The notes under the pieces were generated by a model. That model made no database searches. It saw only the letters and a program-made list of their open reading frames with translations, and was not told the DNA's origin. A stretch of 64,000 bases of DNA from contig CBDCDW010000003.1 of NCBI GenBank assembly GCA_965215595.1, positions 401,680-465,679 of the forward strand, in the 5' to 3' direction. Below are positions 30,014-39,685 of the stretch, piece after piece. Within the stretch, counting starts at the first letter, position 1, and each line of letters begins with the position of its first letter. A program made the position numbers and the translations under genes. The DNA comes from an uncultured Candidatus Binatia bacterium (lineage in GTDB: Bacteria > Desulfobacterota > Binatia > UBA9968 > CAXXLF01).

Positions 30014-31108
30014 CTATTTTCCCTCTATGAATATCTGTTTGCCGAGCTTCAAGAGTTCCCTTGGTTTTGTCCCCTGTTGGTCCTCCAGGGCCGCCATTAA
30101 ATACGGTTTCCCCTTTACATAGCGTTCATTAGCCGGAATAAAATCCTGCGAAACATCATTCCTAACGGAGATTGCCTGGGTACTCGTAGCGTAAATGGTT
30201 TGGCCCTCCTTAGTATAAAACCAATGGTAAAAGAGCTTGGCAGCATTGGGATGGGGCGCGTTAAGAATAAAGCAGGTCCCTTGACTTGCCATATGGGAAC
30301 CCTCTTTTGGCTGTAGAAACTTTACTGGAGCCCCCTCATTGATGAGTCGACGGGTCCGTGTGGTGGAAGCGGCGAGCCCGATGGGGTATTGACCCCTAAC
30401 CACACCTTGGGGAGTGTCATTTACTTTAGCAACGATTACTACTTGCTTTGCCAGGGCCCTCATATATTTAAGGCCCAGGTGTCTGTGGGTGGCTCGAAAC
30501 CAGCCGGATCCCGTCCCGCCCCTCCCGGGGGTCTGAAAGACGATCTTGCCCTTCCACTTTGGGTCTAAAAGATCCTGATAGCTTTTGGGCTCCTCACCGG
30601 GTGGAATCAGATTTGTATTGATTAAGAAACTGGGACGCAAGGGCATGTTGACAAAAAGCCAGTCCCTTGCCTTGGGCTTTACGGATGTAGGATCCAAGCG
30701 CCATACCCCTTTTTCAAAGGTAGAAGGAGGGAGGATCGGCACAACGTAACCCTTTGGTTTCAATTGACCATAATGACCGGCGACACCAGACATCGTAATA
30801 TCCACTGTGTACTGTTTGGTCCGCTGCTCAGCGAAGACGCGAGGCGAGATATCCCTGGCGCTTAAGGTTGTCCATTCGATGGTGACTCCGTATTTGTCCT
30901 GGAAAACCTTACCAATGGCACGCTGGGCTTTTCGGTTGGCATGCCCCGGCGCTGCATAGATGACCAGTTTACCCTCCTTGCGGGCAGCCGACTGGATTTT
31001 ATCCATGGAGCTCCAGGGCGAGGCGGCAGAGGCCTTGTTGACCAAAATAGGAAAAAGGAAAACCAGTAACAACAAGCTTGCGGATAGGGAAACGATTTTT
31101 GTTTTCAT
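30014..31108 (-). CDS. ABC substrate-binding protein (AfuA-like)
   Basis: Signal peptide from MKTKIV; ARKEGKL, DLLDPKWKGKI and APHPNAAKLF motifs. Confidence 0.88.
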   Translation of the reverse strand: MKTKIVSLSASLLLLVFLFPILVNKASAASPWSSMDKIQSAARKEGKLVIYAAPGHANRKAQRAIGKVFQDKYGVTIEWTTLSARDISPRVFAEQRTKQYTVDITMSGVAGHYGQLKPKGYVVPILPPSTFEKGVWRLDPTSVKPKARDWLFVNMPLRPSFLINTNLIPPGEEPKSYQDLLDPKWKGKIVFQTPGRGGTGSGWFRATHRHLGLKYMRALAKQVVIVAKVNDTPQGVVRGQYPIGLAASTTRTRRLINEGAPVKFLQPKEGSHMASQGTCFILNAPHPNAAKLFYHWFYTKEGQTIYATSTQAISVRNDVSQDFIPANERYVKGKPYLMAALEDQQGTKPRELLKLGKQIFIEGK

Positions 31109-31164
31109 AACGCTCACTCCTCCCATAAACTGAAATTGACGTACAGAGTCTTTAACAAACGAGC

Positions 31165-31599
31165 TCATACACGTGCGGCAAGCATCAGAGTGCATTGACC
31201 TGTGAGTATCTGACGGTCTTCTTGATTTTTTCCGATCAGCTCACAGACAACCCAGGGTTCCAACGCATTAGGAGATTTCTCAATGACCTTTGCGGAAAAA
31301 CGCATGAGGTCCCCTTCATAGGTTGGAAACGTCTGGCGTAGACTCAGCTTTCGGATTGTCCCTCGAGGACCTATCCAGTCTGTGAGCACACGCATCAAGA
31401 GAGCCTGGCGGTATTCCCCACTGGCAATAAAGGTCTTAAGTCCACTGTGGCTCCTCGCGTGCTCACGATCGTAATGGAGTTGTGCGGAGTTTTCCTGAAA
31501 CCCCGCCCATCGAACGGTGTCCTGAATGGTTAGGGGCCCAAACTCCCGTTCGGGTATTTGGTCCCCCAGCAGGGTCAGTTCAAAGTTAGCCTGTTCCAT
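31165..31599 (-). CDS. MaoC-family hotdog dehydratase subunit
   Basis: VRWAGFQENSAQLHYD...A and LTDWIGPRG motifs. Confidence 0.8.
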   Translation of the reverse strand: MEQANFELTLLGDQIPEREFGPLTIQDTVRWAGFQENSAQLHYDREHARSHSGLKTFIASGEYRQALLMRVLTDWIGPRGTIRKLSLRQTFPTYEGDLMRFSAKVIEKSPNALEPWVVCELIGKNQEDRQILTGQCTLMLAARV

Positions 31600-31611
31600 G
31601 GTCGGTACTCG

Positions 31612-32133
31612 TTATTTCGACTTGTCCTTTCTCGGGAAACGAACCGTGGTCTGCTGGCGCTTGAGAACGATCTCGCTATTACCGTCTGAGATCCGATCCT
31701 CGCGGGTGACATAAATGCCTATGCCTGATTTTCCCCGCCGTGCCACGATACCAACGATAAAGGTCTGTGCCTGAAGCTGCTCGCCGAAATATACTGGCCT
31801 GAGCCATTCAATCTCCGCGTTGGCATTGCGCGCGTCCGTATATTCAGGTGGTAAAGGGATCTGTTTTACAATGTCCTCGGTAGTCTCTTTACCATCCGAT
31901 CCTCTTATACTAAAAGGTTCCCAACCTACCAGGAGGGGAGGGAGGAGGCGGCCGCGGTACCCGTGGGTGCTGGCGTATTCGTCGTCTAGCCAAAGAGGAT
32001 TGGTATCACCTGTGGTATCCACGTAACGCCGAATGTCGGAAGCGGTCTTCTTTTCTATGGATCGTGGCGGCGTTGTCCGGCCTATCCAACTTCGCATTTC
32101 CTCCGTTACGACTGAGCCTGGATCCTGTTTCAT
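31612..32133 (-). CDS. MaoC-family dehydratase N-terminal-type partner subunit
   Basis: DIRRYVDTTGDTNPLW.D and EIEWLRPV..G motifs. Confidence 0.8.
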   Translation of the reverse strand: MKQDPGSVVTEEMRSWIGRTTPPRSIEKKTASDIRRYVDTTGDTNPLWLDDEYASTHGYRGRLLPPLLVGWEPFSIRGSDGKETTEDIVKQIPLPPEYTDARNANAEIEWLRPVYFGEQLQAQTFIVGIVARRGKSGIGIYVTREDRISDGNSEIVLKRQQTTVRFPRKDKSK

Positions 32134-32197
32134 AGCACCGTACCTCAATTGGACAGTATTTGAGTAAACTCCTCCTGTCAAGTCAGATGCGAGGGAC

Positions 32198-33592
32198 GGT
32201 GATGTATCAGTCTATGTGTAAATTTTGGTGGGGGGAAGGGAGTGGAGAGGAAAATGGCTTTCACATTTGGCCGAGAATCGAAGATCTCGAGGTGGTTAAG
32301 GGATAGGCCTAGGGTATTTTTTGATTGGGAAAAGACAGAAGGGGTGCTAACTCCAGAGTTGCACGACAAATACAAACATGAGGAAGGCACCCCTATGCTG
32401 CTCGAGCAAGCAACACCAAGCAATGTATCGCGAGCGATTAAAGAGATCAATGCCTTTGAGTGGGAGGGCGACTTTAAACCGATGGCCCGCCAAGCTCTAA
32501 AACACCTGGTGGAGAAGCGGCTGGACGAAGAGATGGCCCAGTACATAGGACTATCACGCTACGAGCATGGGGCGGACCGAGTGGACTACCGCAATGGCCA
32601 CTATACCAGGCATCTGTTGACCGAGATGGGAAACTTAGAGCTTTTAGTGCCAAGGAGCCGTAAGGGAGGGTTTCCCACCAAGCTCCTTGAGCGTTACGCC
32701 CGAAGGTGCCGTTCGGTGGATCGGGTGTTGTTAGCCTGCTTTTGTTTGGGACTATCCACCCGAAAGGCCGCTTCGGTGCTGGTTCCTATTGTAGGGGAGC
32801 GGGTCTCGGCCACAACGATTTCCAGGATTGCCCGGGATCTGGATAAAGAGGTTAAGTTTTACCATAGCCGTCCCCTTAGGGATCAGTACCGCTATCTGTT
32901 CTTTGATGGGGTGGTGTTAAAGAGCAAGGGGGCTGCCAAGGTACAGAAAAAGATATTACTTTGTGCCTTCGGGATCACGGTCGATGGGAGGCAGGAGATG
33001 ATCGATTTCTATGCGGCCCCAACTGAATCTGAAGCCTGCTGGGAAGCGTTGTTAAGGGACCTGTATCAAAGGGGGCTAGAGGGGGGGTGTTGTGAGCTGA
33101 TTGTGACCGATGGGGGAACGGGGCTGCATGGAGCCTTACAGATTGTCTATCCTAAGATCCTCGCCCAACGCTGCTGGGCCCATAAGACAAGAAACGTGTT
33201 GGACAAGGTAAAAAGGGCCGATCAACCAGCGGTCAAAAAAGCTCTAAATCGTATCAGTCATGCCCCTAATTATAGAAAAGCTACGGAAGCTTACTGGCGG
33301 TTTGGTTCACGCTGGAGGAAGGCTTATCCAAGGGCTGTGGCCTGTTTGGAAAAGGATCTCGATCAATTGCTTTACTTCTTTCAGATCAAGCGGCCTGAGC
33401 TTTGGAGCCGCTTGAGAACCACCAACCTCATAGAAAGATCGTTCCGGGAAGTCAGGCGCAGGACTCGCCCTATGGGGGTGATGGCAAATACCCAAAGCAT
33501 ACAAAGAATCGTTTTTTCTGTCTTTCATCACTTGAACCAAAATTGGAGTGAGAATGCCCCTAAGAAATTTACACACAAGTCTTGACGCTTCC
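32198..33592 (+). mobile_element. IS256-family element, copy 2
   Basis: Nearly identical to 24529-25923; 9-bp TSD GCGAGGGAC. Confidence 0.95.
32242..33585 (+). CDS. IS256 transposase
   Basis: Same protein as 24573-25916 apart from substitutions in the N-terminal leader. Confidence 0.95.
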   Translation: MERKMAFTFGRESKISRWLRDRPRVFFDWEKTEGVLTPELHDKYKHEEGTPMLLEQATPSNVSRAIKEINAFEWEGDFKPMARQALKHLVEKRLDEEMAQYIGLSRYEHGADRVDYRNGHYTRHLLTEMGNLELLVPRSRKGGFPTKLLERYARRCRSVDRVLLACFCLGLSTRKAASVLVPIVGERVSATTISRIARDLDKEVKFYHSRPLRDQYRYLFFDGVVLKSKGAAKVQKKILLCAFGITVDGRQEMIDFYAAPTESEACWEALLRDLYQRGLEGGCCELIVTDGGTGLHGALQIVYPKILAQRCWAHKTRNVLDKVKRADQPAVKKALNRISHAPNYRKATEAYWRFGSRWRKAYPRAVACLEKDLDQLLYFFQIKRPELWSRLRTTNLIERSFREVRRRTRPMGVMANTQSIQRIVFSVFHHLNQNWSENAPKKFTHKS

Positions 33593-33607
33593 GCGAGGGA
33601 CTGAAGG

Positions 33608-33636
33608 TTGTTTTGTTTCTTGCCTCACTCTATAAC
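33608..33636 (+). promoter_or_regulatory. Sigma70-like promoter upstream of the MFS gene
   Basis: TTGTTT-N17-TATAAC. Confidence 0.45.
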
Positions 33637-33665
33637 GTTTCACCTCACGTATTGAGTTCGCTTGT

Positions 33666-34943
33666 GTGAGTTTAATCGGAGAACCAAACCAAATGATCGA
33701 AGCTAGTCCAACCGTAGAGCATGAATGTCGTCGATGGCTGACCGTCACGGTTGTTAACGTTACCCATGGTCTCAGTCACCTGGGTTCCCAGGGGTTGTCC
33801 GTTCTTTATCCGGTCATCAGGGATCAGTTGCATTTCGGTTATACGGGAATCGCCTTTTTAGCCGTGATTAACATGTTAGTTGAGGGTCCCATGCAGATCA
33901 CCTTCGGCGTGATGACTCGTTTCCTGCGCAGGAGTCATATCCTTGGCGTGGGTACAGCAGTGGCATTTTTTGGAATGGCTTTTATGTCACTGGCGCATAG
34001 CTTCAATCATTTGGCTTTGGGTATGGCAACCCGGGGGTTGGGTACCAGTCCAAATCACCCGGTTGGCGGTTCTGTCATGGCTTACAGCTTCCCCCAGGAC
34101 AGGGCCAAGGCCCTCGCCTTTCATCATATCAGCGGTAACATAGGCGGTTGGATGGCGCCGTTGGTCATCGCCGGTTTACTTTACTATTTGGATTGGCGCC
34201 AAGCGCTCATGGTGATGAGCCTTCCTTTGATGTTAATGAGTTTCTCTTTCTTTTTCCTGGAGGAACCTTCTCCTCGGACGGAAGCTGTAGGCGGCACGAA
34301 ACAAAGGACCAGGTTGGGGCTACATGAATACAAGGCCTTGATGCGGGACCGCAGGGCTCTTCTTTTGGCCAGTGTCATGATGGTGGGTGCCGCCGGTCGT
34401 GGCACCGGGGCGCTGAACACCTATCTGGCAGTGATCCTGGTGGACCGGTTCGGTATCAGTGTATCTTATGCTGCCCTCTTTGTAGCCATGTATACTTTTG
34501 GTGGCGTGGTAGGCCCCATGGTTCTGGGTTGGTTTTCCGATCGCACCTCTCCGCGACTTGCCATTCGTATTGACCTGGTCCTTTCTGCTGTTTTTACCCT
34601 TATGATTCTAATCCCTCAGACGGCAGGAGTCGGTTTGTTTGGAATTACGTTTTTCGCCGGATTTTTTATATACGGCCGCAGTTCCTTACTGCAGAGTTTG
34701 CTAATCAGTGTTGCCCCAGCGGAAACGCGGGTGGATACTCAACTGAGCATGTTTCATACCCTCTCAGCCATTACCGGACCCATGTGGATCCTGGTGACCG
34801 GACTGATAGTGGATCGGTATGGGCTCGCGCCGGCCCTTGGGGTCATGGCGGTATCCTATATTATAGGAGTTGTAATACTCGGGTTTATCAATCCCGATAC
34901 TCCCGAGCAGGGGACAAAACCGAGCAGTCAACCTGAGATATAG
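33666..34943 (+). CDS. MFS transporter
   Basis: About 12 transmembrane segments; GWFSDR and GLIVDRYG motifs. Confidence 0.9.
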   Translation: MSLIGEPNQMIEASPTVEHECRRWLTVTVVNVTHGLSHLGSQGLSVLYPVIRDQLHFGYTGIAFLAVINMLVEGPMQITFGVMTRFLRRSHILGVGTAVAFFGMAFMSLAHSFNHLALGMATRGLGTSPNHPVGGSVMAYSFPQDRAKALAFHHISGNIGGWMAPLVIAGLLYYLDWRQALMVMSLPLMLMSFSFFFLEEPSPRTEAVGGTKQRTRLGLHEYKALMRDRRALLLASVMMVGAAGRGTGALNTYLAVILVDRFGISVSYAALFVAMYTFGGVVGPMVLGWFSDRTSPRLAIRIDLVLSAVFTLMILIPQTAGVGLFGITFFAGFFIYGRSSLLQSLLISVAPAETRVDTQLSMFHTLSAITGPMWILVTGLIVDRYGLAPALGVMAVSYIIGVVILGFINPDTPEQGTKPSSQPEI

Positions 34944-35018
34944 AAATGCCCCCCCCCTTTGGCAGGGTCTTGACATGTAGGACGGCAAACTGCCTTAATA
35001 CTTTAAGATCCCTAACAA

Positions 35019-36233
35019 ATGCCAGCTATTGTAAGGATTAGGAGGGTAACCAGATTGGCGCAGCCGGAAAGTAACATTCGAGAACATGATGCTCCTTCTC
35101 CCAGTCCTGATTTCTCCAGAGCACCTGATCTGCCTGAACTTGGCCATCGCAACTACTGGTATCCCATCATTGAAGCCCACCGTGTAAAAAAACGTCCCGT
35201 TTCCGTGAGTCTCCTGGGTGAAGAGATAGTCCTATTTCCTGATAAAAGCGGAAAGGCTGTTGCCCTTGTGGATCGTTGCCCTCACCGCGGGACGAAGCTT
35301 TCCCGAGGTCGGATTCTTTTTCCCGGTACTTTAAGTTGTGGTTACCACGGTTGGACCTATAATGAACGAGGGGAATGCGTCGCTGCTATTGTGGAAGGTC
35401 CCGAGTCTCGTGTGCCGGGACGGGTTTGCGTCAAGGCATATCCTACCGAAGAGCGTTTTGGCATCGTGTGGGCGTTTATGGGGGAGGGCGAAGCACCTCC
35501 ACTGGAGGAAGACCTACCGCCTGGATTTTTGGAACCCGAAATTCTCGTTCAGTTTGTATTCGAGTATTGGCCCTGTGATTGGAGGAACGTCACTGAAAAT
35601 TATCCCGATATGCTTCACGCAATATTTGTGCACCGAAATTCGCCGGAAGCAATCCTCCAACAAATTCCCGCGTGGGGTAATTTGATTGTAAAGCCTTTGC
35701 CCGACGGAAAAGGACTCTTTGTGCAAGGGCCTGGACGTGCAATGCAAGCGGAATATCCGGGACTCGGCAAATATCCGAGCGCCCTATGGTACCGTATCTT
35801 GAGGCGAAGAACCTCCGGAGGTGTCGGAGCCGAAGTACGCATGCCTGGTTACATTATTCTGTCGAAGAGGCGCGAGCCAATGTTTGGATTTACGTATTCT
35901 ACGTTTCAATGGCCAATCCATGTGGGACCAAATTTGACCCGTATCCTTGAGCTAAGCATCACCTTTCCTAGGAACTTCTTACACAGATGGTTTTATAAGA
36001 TTTGGTGGAGAACCTATTTCAAATACATTCACCGCTGGTTCTTTACTTATCAGGACAAACGTCTCATGGAAGTGCAAAACTATCGCGCTCCGGAAACGCT
36101 ATGTTCCACTGATGTCGGTGTGACACTATATCGTCGTCTTGCTAACAAGGTTGCCAGACAGGCCAATGGAAAAGAGTCTGAAACGGCGAAAGTGTCCGAG
36201 CGCGAGAAGGAGTTCCAGGAGGCGGCTTCCTAG
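35019..36233 (+). CDS. Rieske oxygenase alpha subunit
   Basis: RNYWYP; CPHRG...CGYHGW; ENYPDMLHAIFVH; QDKRLME. Confidence 0.92.
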   Translation: MPAIVRIRRVTRLAQPESNIREHDAPSPSPDFSRAPDLPELGHRNYWYPIIEAHRVKKRPVSVSLLGEEIVLFPDKSGKAVALVDRCPHRGTKLSRGRILFPGTLSCGYHGWTYNERGECVAAIVEGPESRVPGRVCVKAYPTEERFGIVWAFMGEGEAPPLEEDLPPGFLEPEILVQFVFEYWPCDWRNVTENYPDMLHAIFVHRNSPEAILQQIPAWGNLIVKPLPDGKGLFVQGPGRAMQAEYPGLGKYPSALWYRILRRRTSGGVGAEVRMPGYIILSKRREPMFGFTYSTFQWPIHVGPNLTRILELSITFPRNFLHRWFYKIWWRTYFKYIHRWFFTYQDKRLMEVQNYRAPETLCSTDVGVTLYRRLANKVARQANGKESETAKVSEREKEFQEAAS

Positions 36234-36479
36234 GACAGCCCACAGTCGTTCACCTTTGATTAGCTTGCCGTGTTACATAGTGTAGCTGGCGCGAACTGCC
36301 GTAACGTCTTCAATTAAACTTGTATCTGGAAGTCCAACAACGATGGAATCGTGCCTTCTCTGTATTCGCCTCAAACTGCCGAAAAAGGAGATGACCCTTC
36401 TCCAACAAAATTTCCGACGACGAGTCAAGATTGAGCACGAGTTATCTTTTTTCCAAATCTGTGTTGGTTAGCTTTCTCC

Positions 36480-37988
36480 CTACAGATTAGGAAAAGGCAA
36501 AATCGATTTGTATTTTGCCACGATCTCCGCTCGGAGGTCCTTTTCCGTTCTACTTGCCTGTGGGAACTTGTCCCTCCAGGTCCATGGGCGCACTGCATAG
36601 ATGATTGCACGGCTATTAGTATAGTCACCACTTTCCCGCTGTTCAGGTGTCATGCGGGGGTCAAGTGGCGTGCTCCAGGTTCCATCGATCAATTCGATGT
36701 CCGTGGCCGGGTTCACCCGGGTCATCATGGCCCATTCCACTTCTTTCATGTCACTGGGGTCGATGTCTTCATCTACGATTATGATGTAACGCCCATTGTA
36801 CGCCCCTTGCCGTGCGCCAAGTGCTGCATGACCAGCCTGCTTGGCGTGTCCGGCAAAGCGTTGGCGAATCGAAATCACGATCCAATAGGAGGTGTGCTGC
36901 CAGACCCCTTGGATATCCTGAATCCCAGCGCTCTCCAATTGATCCCAGAAGACTCCTGCCATGAATGGTATTGCGTATTTACATGCACCAGGCCACAGAG
37001 GTGTTGATTCCAAAATTATGGGGTTGTTGCGGTGATAGACGGCCTTAACGCGGACCACCGGCTGTTGTTCGCCAGTGCCAATGGTACCACCGGAATAATA
37101 ACCCGGCCATTCACCAAAGGGTCCTTCATCCCGCGCTTGCTCAGACGGAGGGGGAACCTCACCTTCAATGGCTATCTCGGAGTGGGCGGGAATAGGGAGA
37201 CCGGTGACGGGTCCATCGATGACCTCAATGGGCTTGCCACGTACCGCACCTAGGAGATCCAATTCCGACTTGCCCCAGGGCAGAAATGCCGTGGAGGCCA
37301 AGAACGTAAGTGGGTCATGGCCAAAGGACGCCGTGATGGGAGCGCTCTTTCCTTGCTCCCAATAGCGCTGGAGGATCAGTCGCCCGTGCTTTCCCGGACT
37401 GATCCATAAGCCCAGCAAATCCTTCTCGTGCACCTGCATACGGTAGGTTCCCGTGTTGAGGTAACCTGAGTCCGGATCCCGAATCGTTATGATGTCACCT
37501 GTACCGATGTATCGTCCACCGTCTTGAAGGTGGAATTGAGGGCTTGGAAACTTCCACATGTCTATCTTGTCTCCTGTCAGGACGTTCTCCATGACCGGCC
37601 CTGTTTTGACCTTCTTGGGTGGGGTGAGATTGATCCTTGCTGCTCCTAGCTTTTTCGTGCCCAAGCGGATCAGTTCCAGCTTGTGCTTGTCGATGGGAAG
37701 ACCCCAGGCCAGAGCTGCGCGTTTGACGGAAGCAATGGAAAGACTGACGATTCGAAACCCCTTTGGATATCCCTTGATGTTGTCGAAAATCAGCATTGGG
37801 GGGTCGGTGATCAATTCGGCTGCTGCCTCAGTGAGGGCGCCGATCTCACGATTCCAATCGGCCCCATCGATCTCGCGGTAATTGTCGATCTTCTTTGCTG
37901 TCTCGATAAAGGAACGAAGGTCGTCAAAGGGGAACTGTCCATTCACATCAGATTCGCCTACGGGTACTTTAGCTTCAGTCTTGGCCAT
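36480..37988 (-). CDS. UbiD-family (de)carboxylase, second paralogue
   Basis: NTGTYR, EGPFGEWPGYY and VDEDIDP...WAMMTR motifs. Confidence 0.93.
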   Translation of the reverse strand: MAKTEAKVPVGESDVNGQFPFDDLRSFIETAKKIDNYREIDGADWNREIGALTEAAAELITDPPMLIFDNIKGYPKGFRIVSLSIASVKRAALAWGLPIDKHKLELIRLGTKKLGAARINLTPPKKVKTGPVMENVLTGDKIDMWKFPSPQFHLQDGGRYIGTGDIITIRDPDSGYLNTGTYRMQVHEKDLLGLWISPGKHGRLILQRYWEQGKSAPITASFGHDPLTFLASTAFLPWGKSELDLLGAVRGKPIEVIDGPVTGLPIPAHSEIAIEGEVPPPSEQARDEGPFGEWPGYYSGGTIGTGEQQPVVRVKAVYHRNNPIILESTPLWPGACKYAIPFMAGVFWDQLESAGIQDIQGVWQHTSYWIVISIRQRFAGHAKQAGHAALGARQGAYNGRYIIIVDEDIDPSDMKEVEWAMMTRVNPATDIELIDGTWSTPLDPRMTPEQRESGDYTNSRAIIYAVRPWTWRDKFPQASRTEKDLRAEIVAKYKSILPFPNL

Positions 37989-38109
37989 GTTTATTTCCTC
38001 CTCAGCAGGAATAGTCGTGACATATTGGTGCTCTTGGTAAACTTTGTTTTAATCGCATACTATTACTTGAACTGTCAAGCAGTTGTGATTCTAGGTAATT
38101 TTCGTTGAG

Positions 38110-38526
38110 TCATCGCTTATCGTCGTCCCCCCAGCTGCGGGAACGGACCTGAAAATTACCTGTGGCAACCATGCGATCGAATTTCTTTCTCAGCCAGCGC
38201 TTGAAGATGTTGCGTGTGTAGGGAATAAGCAGCAAGAATCCAGCCGCATCGGTAATAATCCCCGGTGTGACAAGCACGACTCCAGCGCCAAAGATCAGCA
38301 CTGCGTCCATCAGTTCCTCGGCTGGCATGGTGCCTGTGGCGAGGTTTTTCGAAATCTGTTGGATCGTCCTGATCCCTTCCAACCGGGCCAAATAGGCTCC
38401 CAGGACACCTGTGAAGATAATAAGCAGGATCGTATTCATTGCGCCGAGGTATGAGCCAATTTCCAGGAGGATATAAAGCTCGGTGAGAGGGACGAGCGTG
38501 AACAGCAAAAAGAGCTTTACGATCAT
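38110..38526 (-). CDS. fxsA: FxsA family membrane protein
   Basis: P..ELYIL, TGVLGAYLAR.EG and PGIITDAAG motifs. Confidence 0.9.
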   Translation of the reverse strand: MIVKLFLLFTLVPLTELYILLEIGSYLGAMNTILLIIFTGVLGAYLARLEGIRTIQQISKNLATGTMPAEELMDAVLIFGAGVVLVTPGIITDAAGFLLLIPYTRNIFKRWLRKKFDRMVATGNFQVRSRSWGDDDKR

Positions 38527-38535
38527 CTGGATTTG

Positions 38536-39447
38536 TCACAATCTCCGTGCGGCGTCGGTAGTTACGTTCCAGGAAAAAAGTTCCGGGTGAATAATCTGTG
38601 CGAGGATCTCCAAGCCATCAACTAGACGAGGGCCCGAACGGTTGAAATAAGCGTGGCCGTTCACGGCAAATAGCCGTCCATTTTTTATGGCGGGTAACTC
38701 GTTCCATCCCGGAATCTCGTATAACAGATCCAGCTCCTCGAGGGTTCGGTCAACGGTAAAACCACAAGGCATCAGAATGATGATGTCGGGTTGATATTCC
38801 TGAATCGTGTTCCAGTTAAGTTTTTTTGAAGGCTGTCCCGCCTTTGCCAATCCATCGGTTCCACCAGCGAAATCTACCATTTCGGGTACCCAATGACCTG
38901 CGCTGTAAACCGGATCCAACCATTCCAAGCAGGCTACCTTCGGTCGAAAGTTTGAGGATGCGGCGCGGTGCCGTACGCTGTCGATCCGCTGTGATAGGCT
39001 GGCCACGAACCATTCGGCTTCTCTGGTTTTTCCGGTGTCACGTCCTACGTGTGAAATGTCACCCAGCACATCGGAAAGGGTGTTAGGATTAAGAGAAATA
39101 ATCTTGGGTCGCTGGGTCAGGGATCGAGCTGCCTCCACAACCTGGTCATAATCAAGCGCGCACACGTCGCAGAGTCCTTGGGTTAAAATGAGATCCGGGT
39201 TTGCTTGCTGAAAGAGGTTGAGATCGATGTTGTAAATACTTTGATTAGCTTTTACTGTTCCCGCAACGATATTGTGGATTTCACTGCTGCTGTTTTGGTG
39301 AGGATCCACTTTGCTCGTTACCACTACGGGTTTTTCTCTAGCCGCCTGCGGGAAGTCACACTCGTGACTCACCCCCACAAGGGAATCCCCAAGCCCCAGG
39401 GCAAAGGCGATTTCCGTAGCACTTGGCAACAGGGAACAGATACGCAC
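38536..39447 (-). CDS. Cobalamin/iron-complex binding protein (BtuF-like)
   Basis: MRICSLLPSATEI, GVSHECDFP, LEWLDP and FNRSGPRL motifs. Confidence 0.88.
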   Translation of the reverse strand: MRICSLLPSATEIAFALGLGDSLVGVSHECDFPQAAREKPVVVTSKVDPHQNSSSEIHNIVAGTVKANQSIYNIDLNLFQQANPDLILTQGLCDVCALDYDQVVEAARSLTQRPKIISLNPNTLSDVLGDISHVGRDTGKTREAEWFVASLSQRIDSVRHRAASSNFRPKVACLEWLDPVYSAGHWVPEMVDFAGGTDGLAKAGQPSKKLNWNTIQEYQPDIIILMPCGFTVDRTLEELDLLYEIPGWNELPAIKNGRLFAVNGHAYFNRSGPRLVDGLEILAQIIHPELFSWNVTTDAARRL

Positions 39448-39529
39448 CTAAAGACGATTAGCCTAAAATATCCGTTTTTCCAAATTCTTAAGGCTACGAA
39501 ATGGAGCCTGATAATATTGCGGTAAGGAC

Positions 39530-39569
39530 TTGCAACGTAGACCTGTTAGATCTATATTACATGGATCTA
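39530..39569 (+). promoter_or_regulatory. Sigma70 promoter with an overlapping palindrome
   Basis: TTGCAA-N17-TATATT; TAGATC...GATCTA IR straddles the -10 box. Confidence 0.5.
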
Positions 39570-39685
39570 CGGCACCGACGTTCAAATGTCGTGGCCACGC
39601 ATGTGTAATAGCATGCATCAGTCGGGAAAACGGGCTGGGCAGATTTACTTGCAGCTAGTGAAGGCAGTGAAAAGCATAGAGGGGA

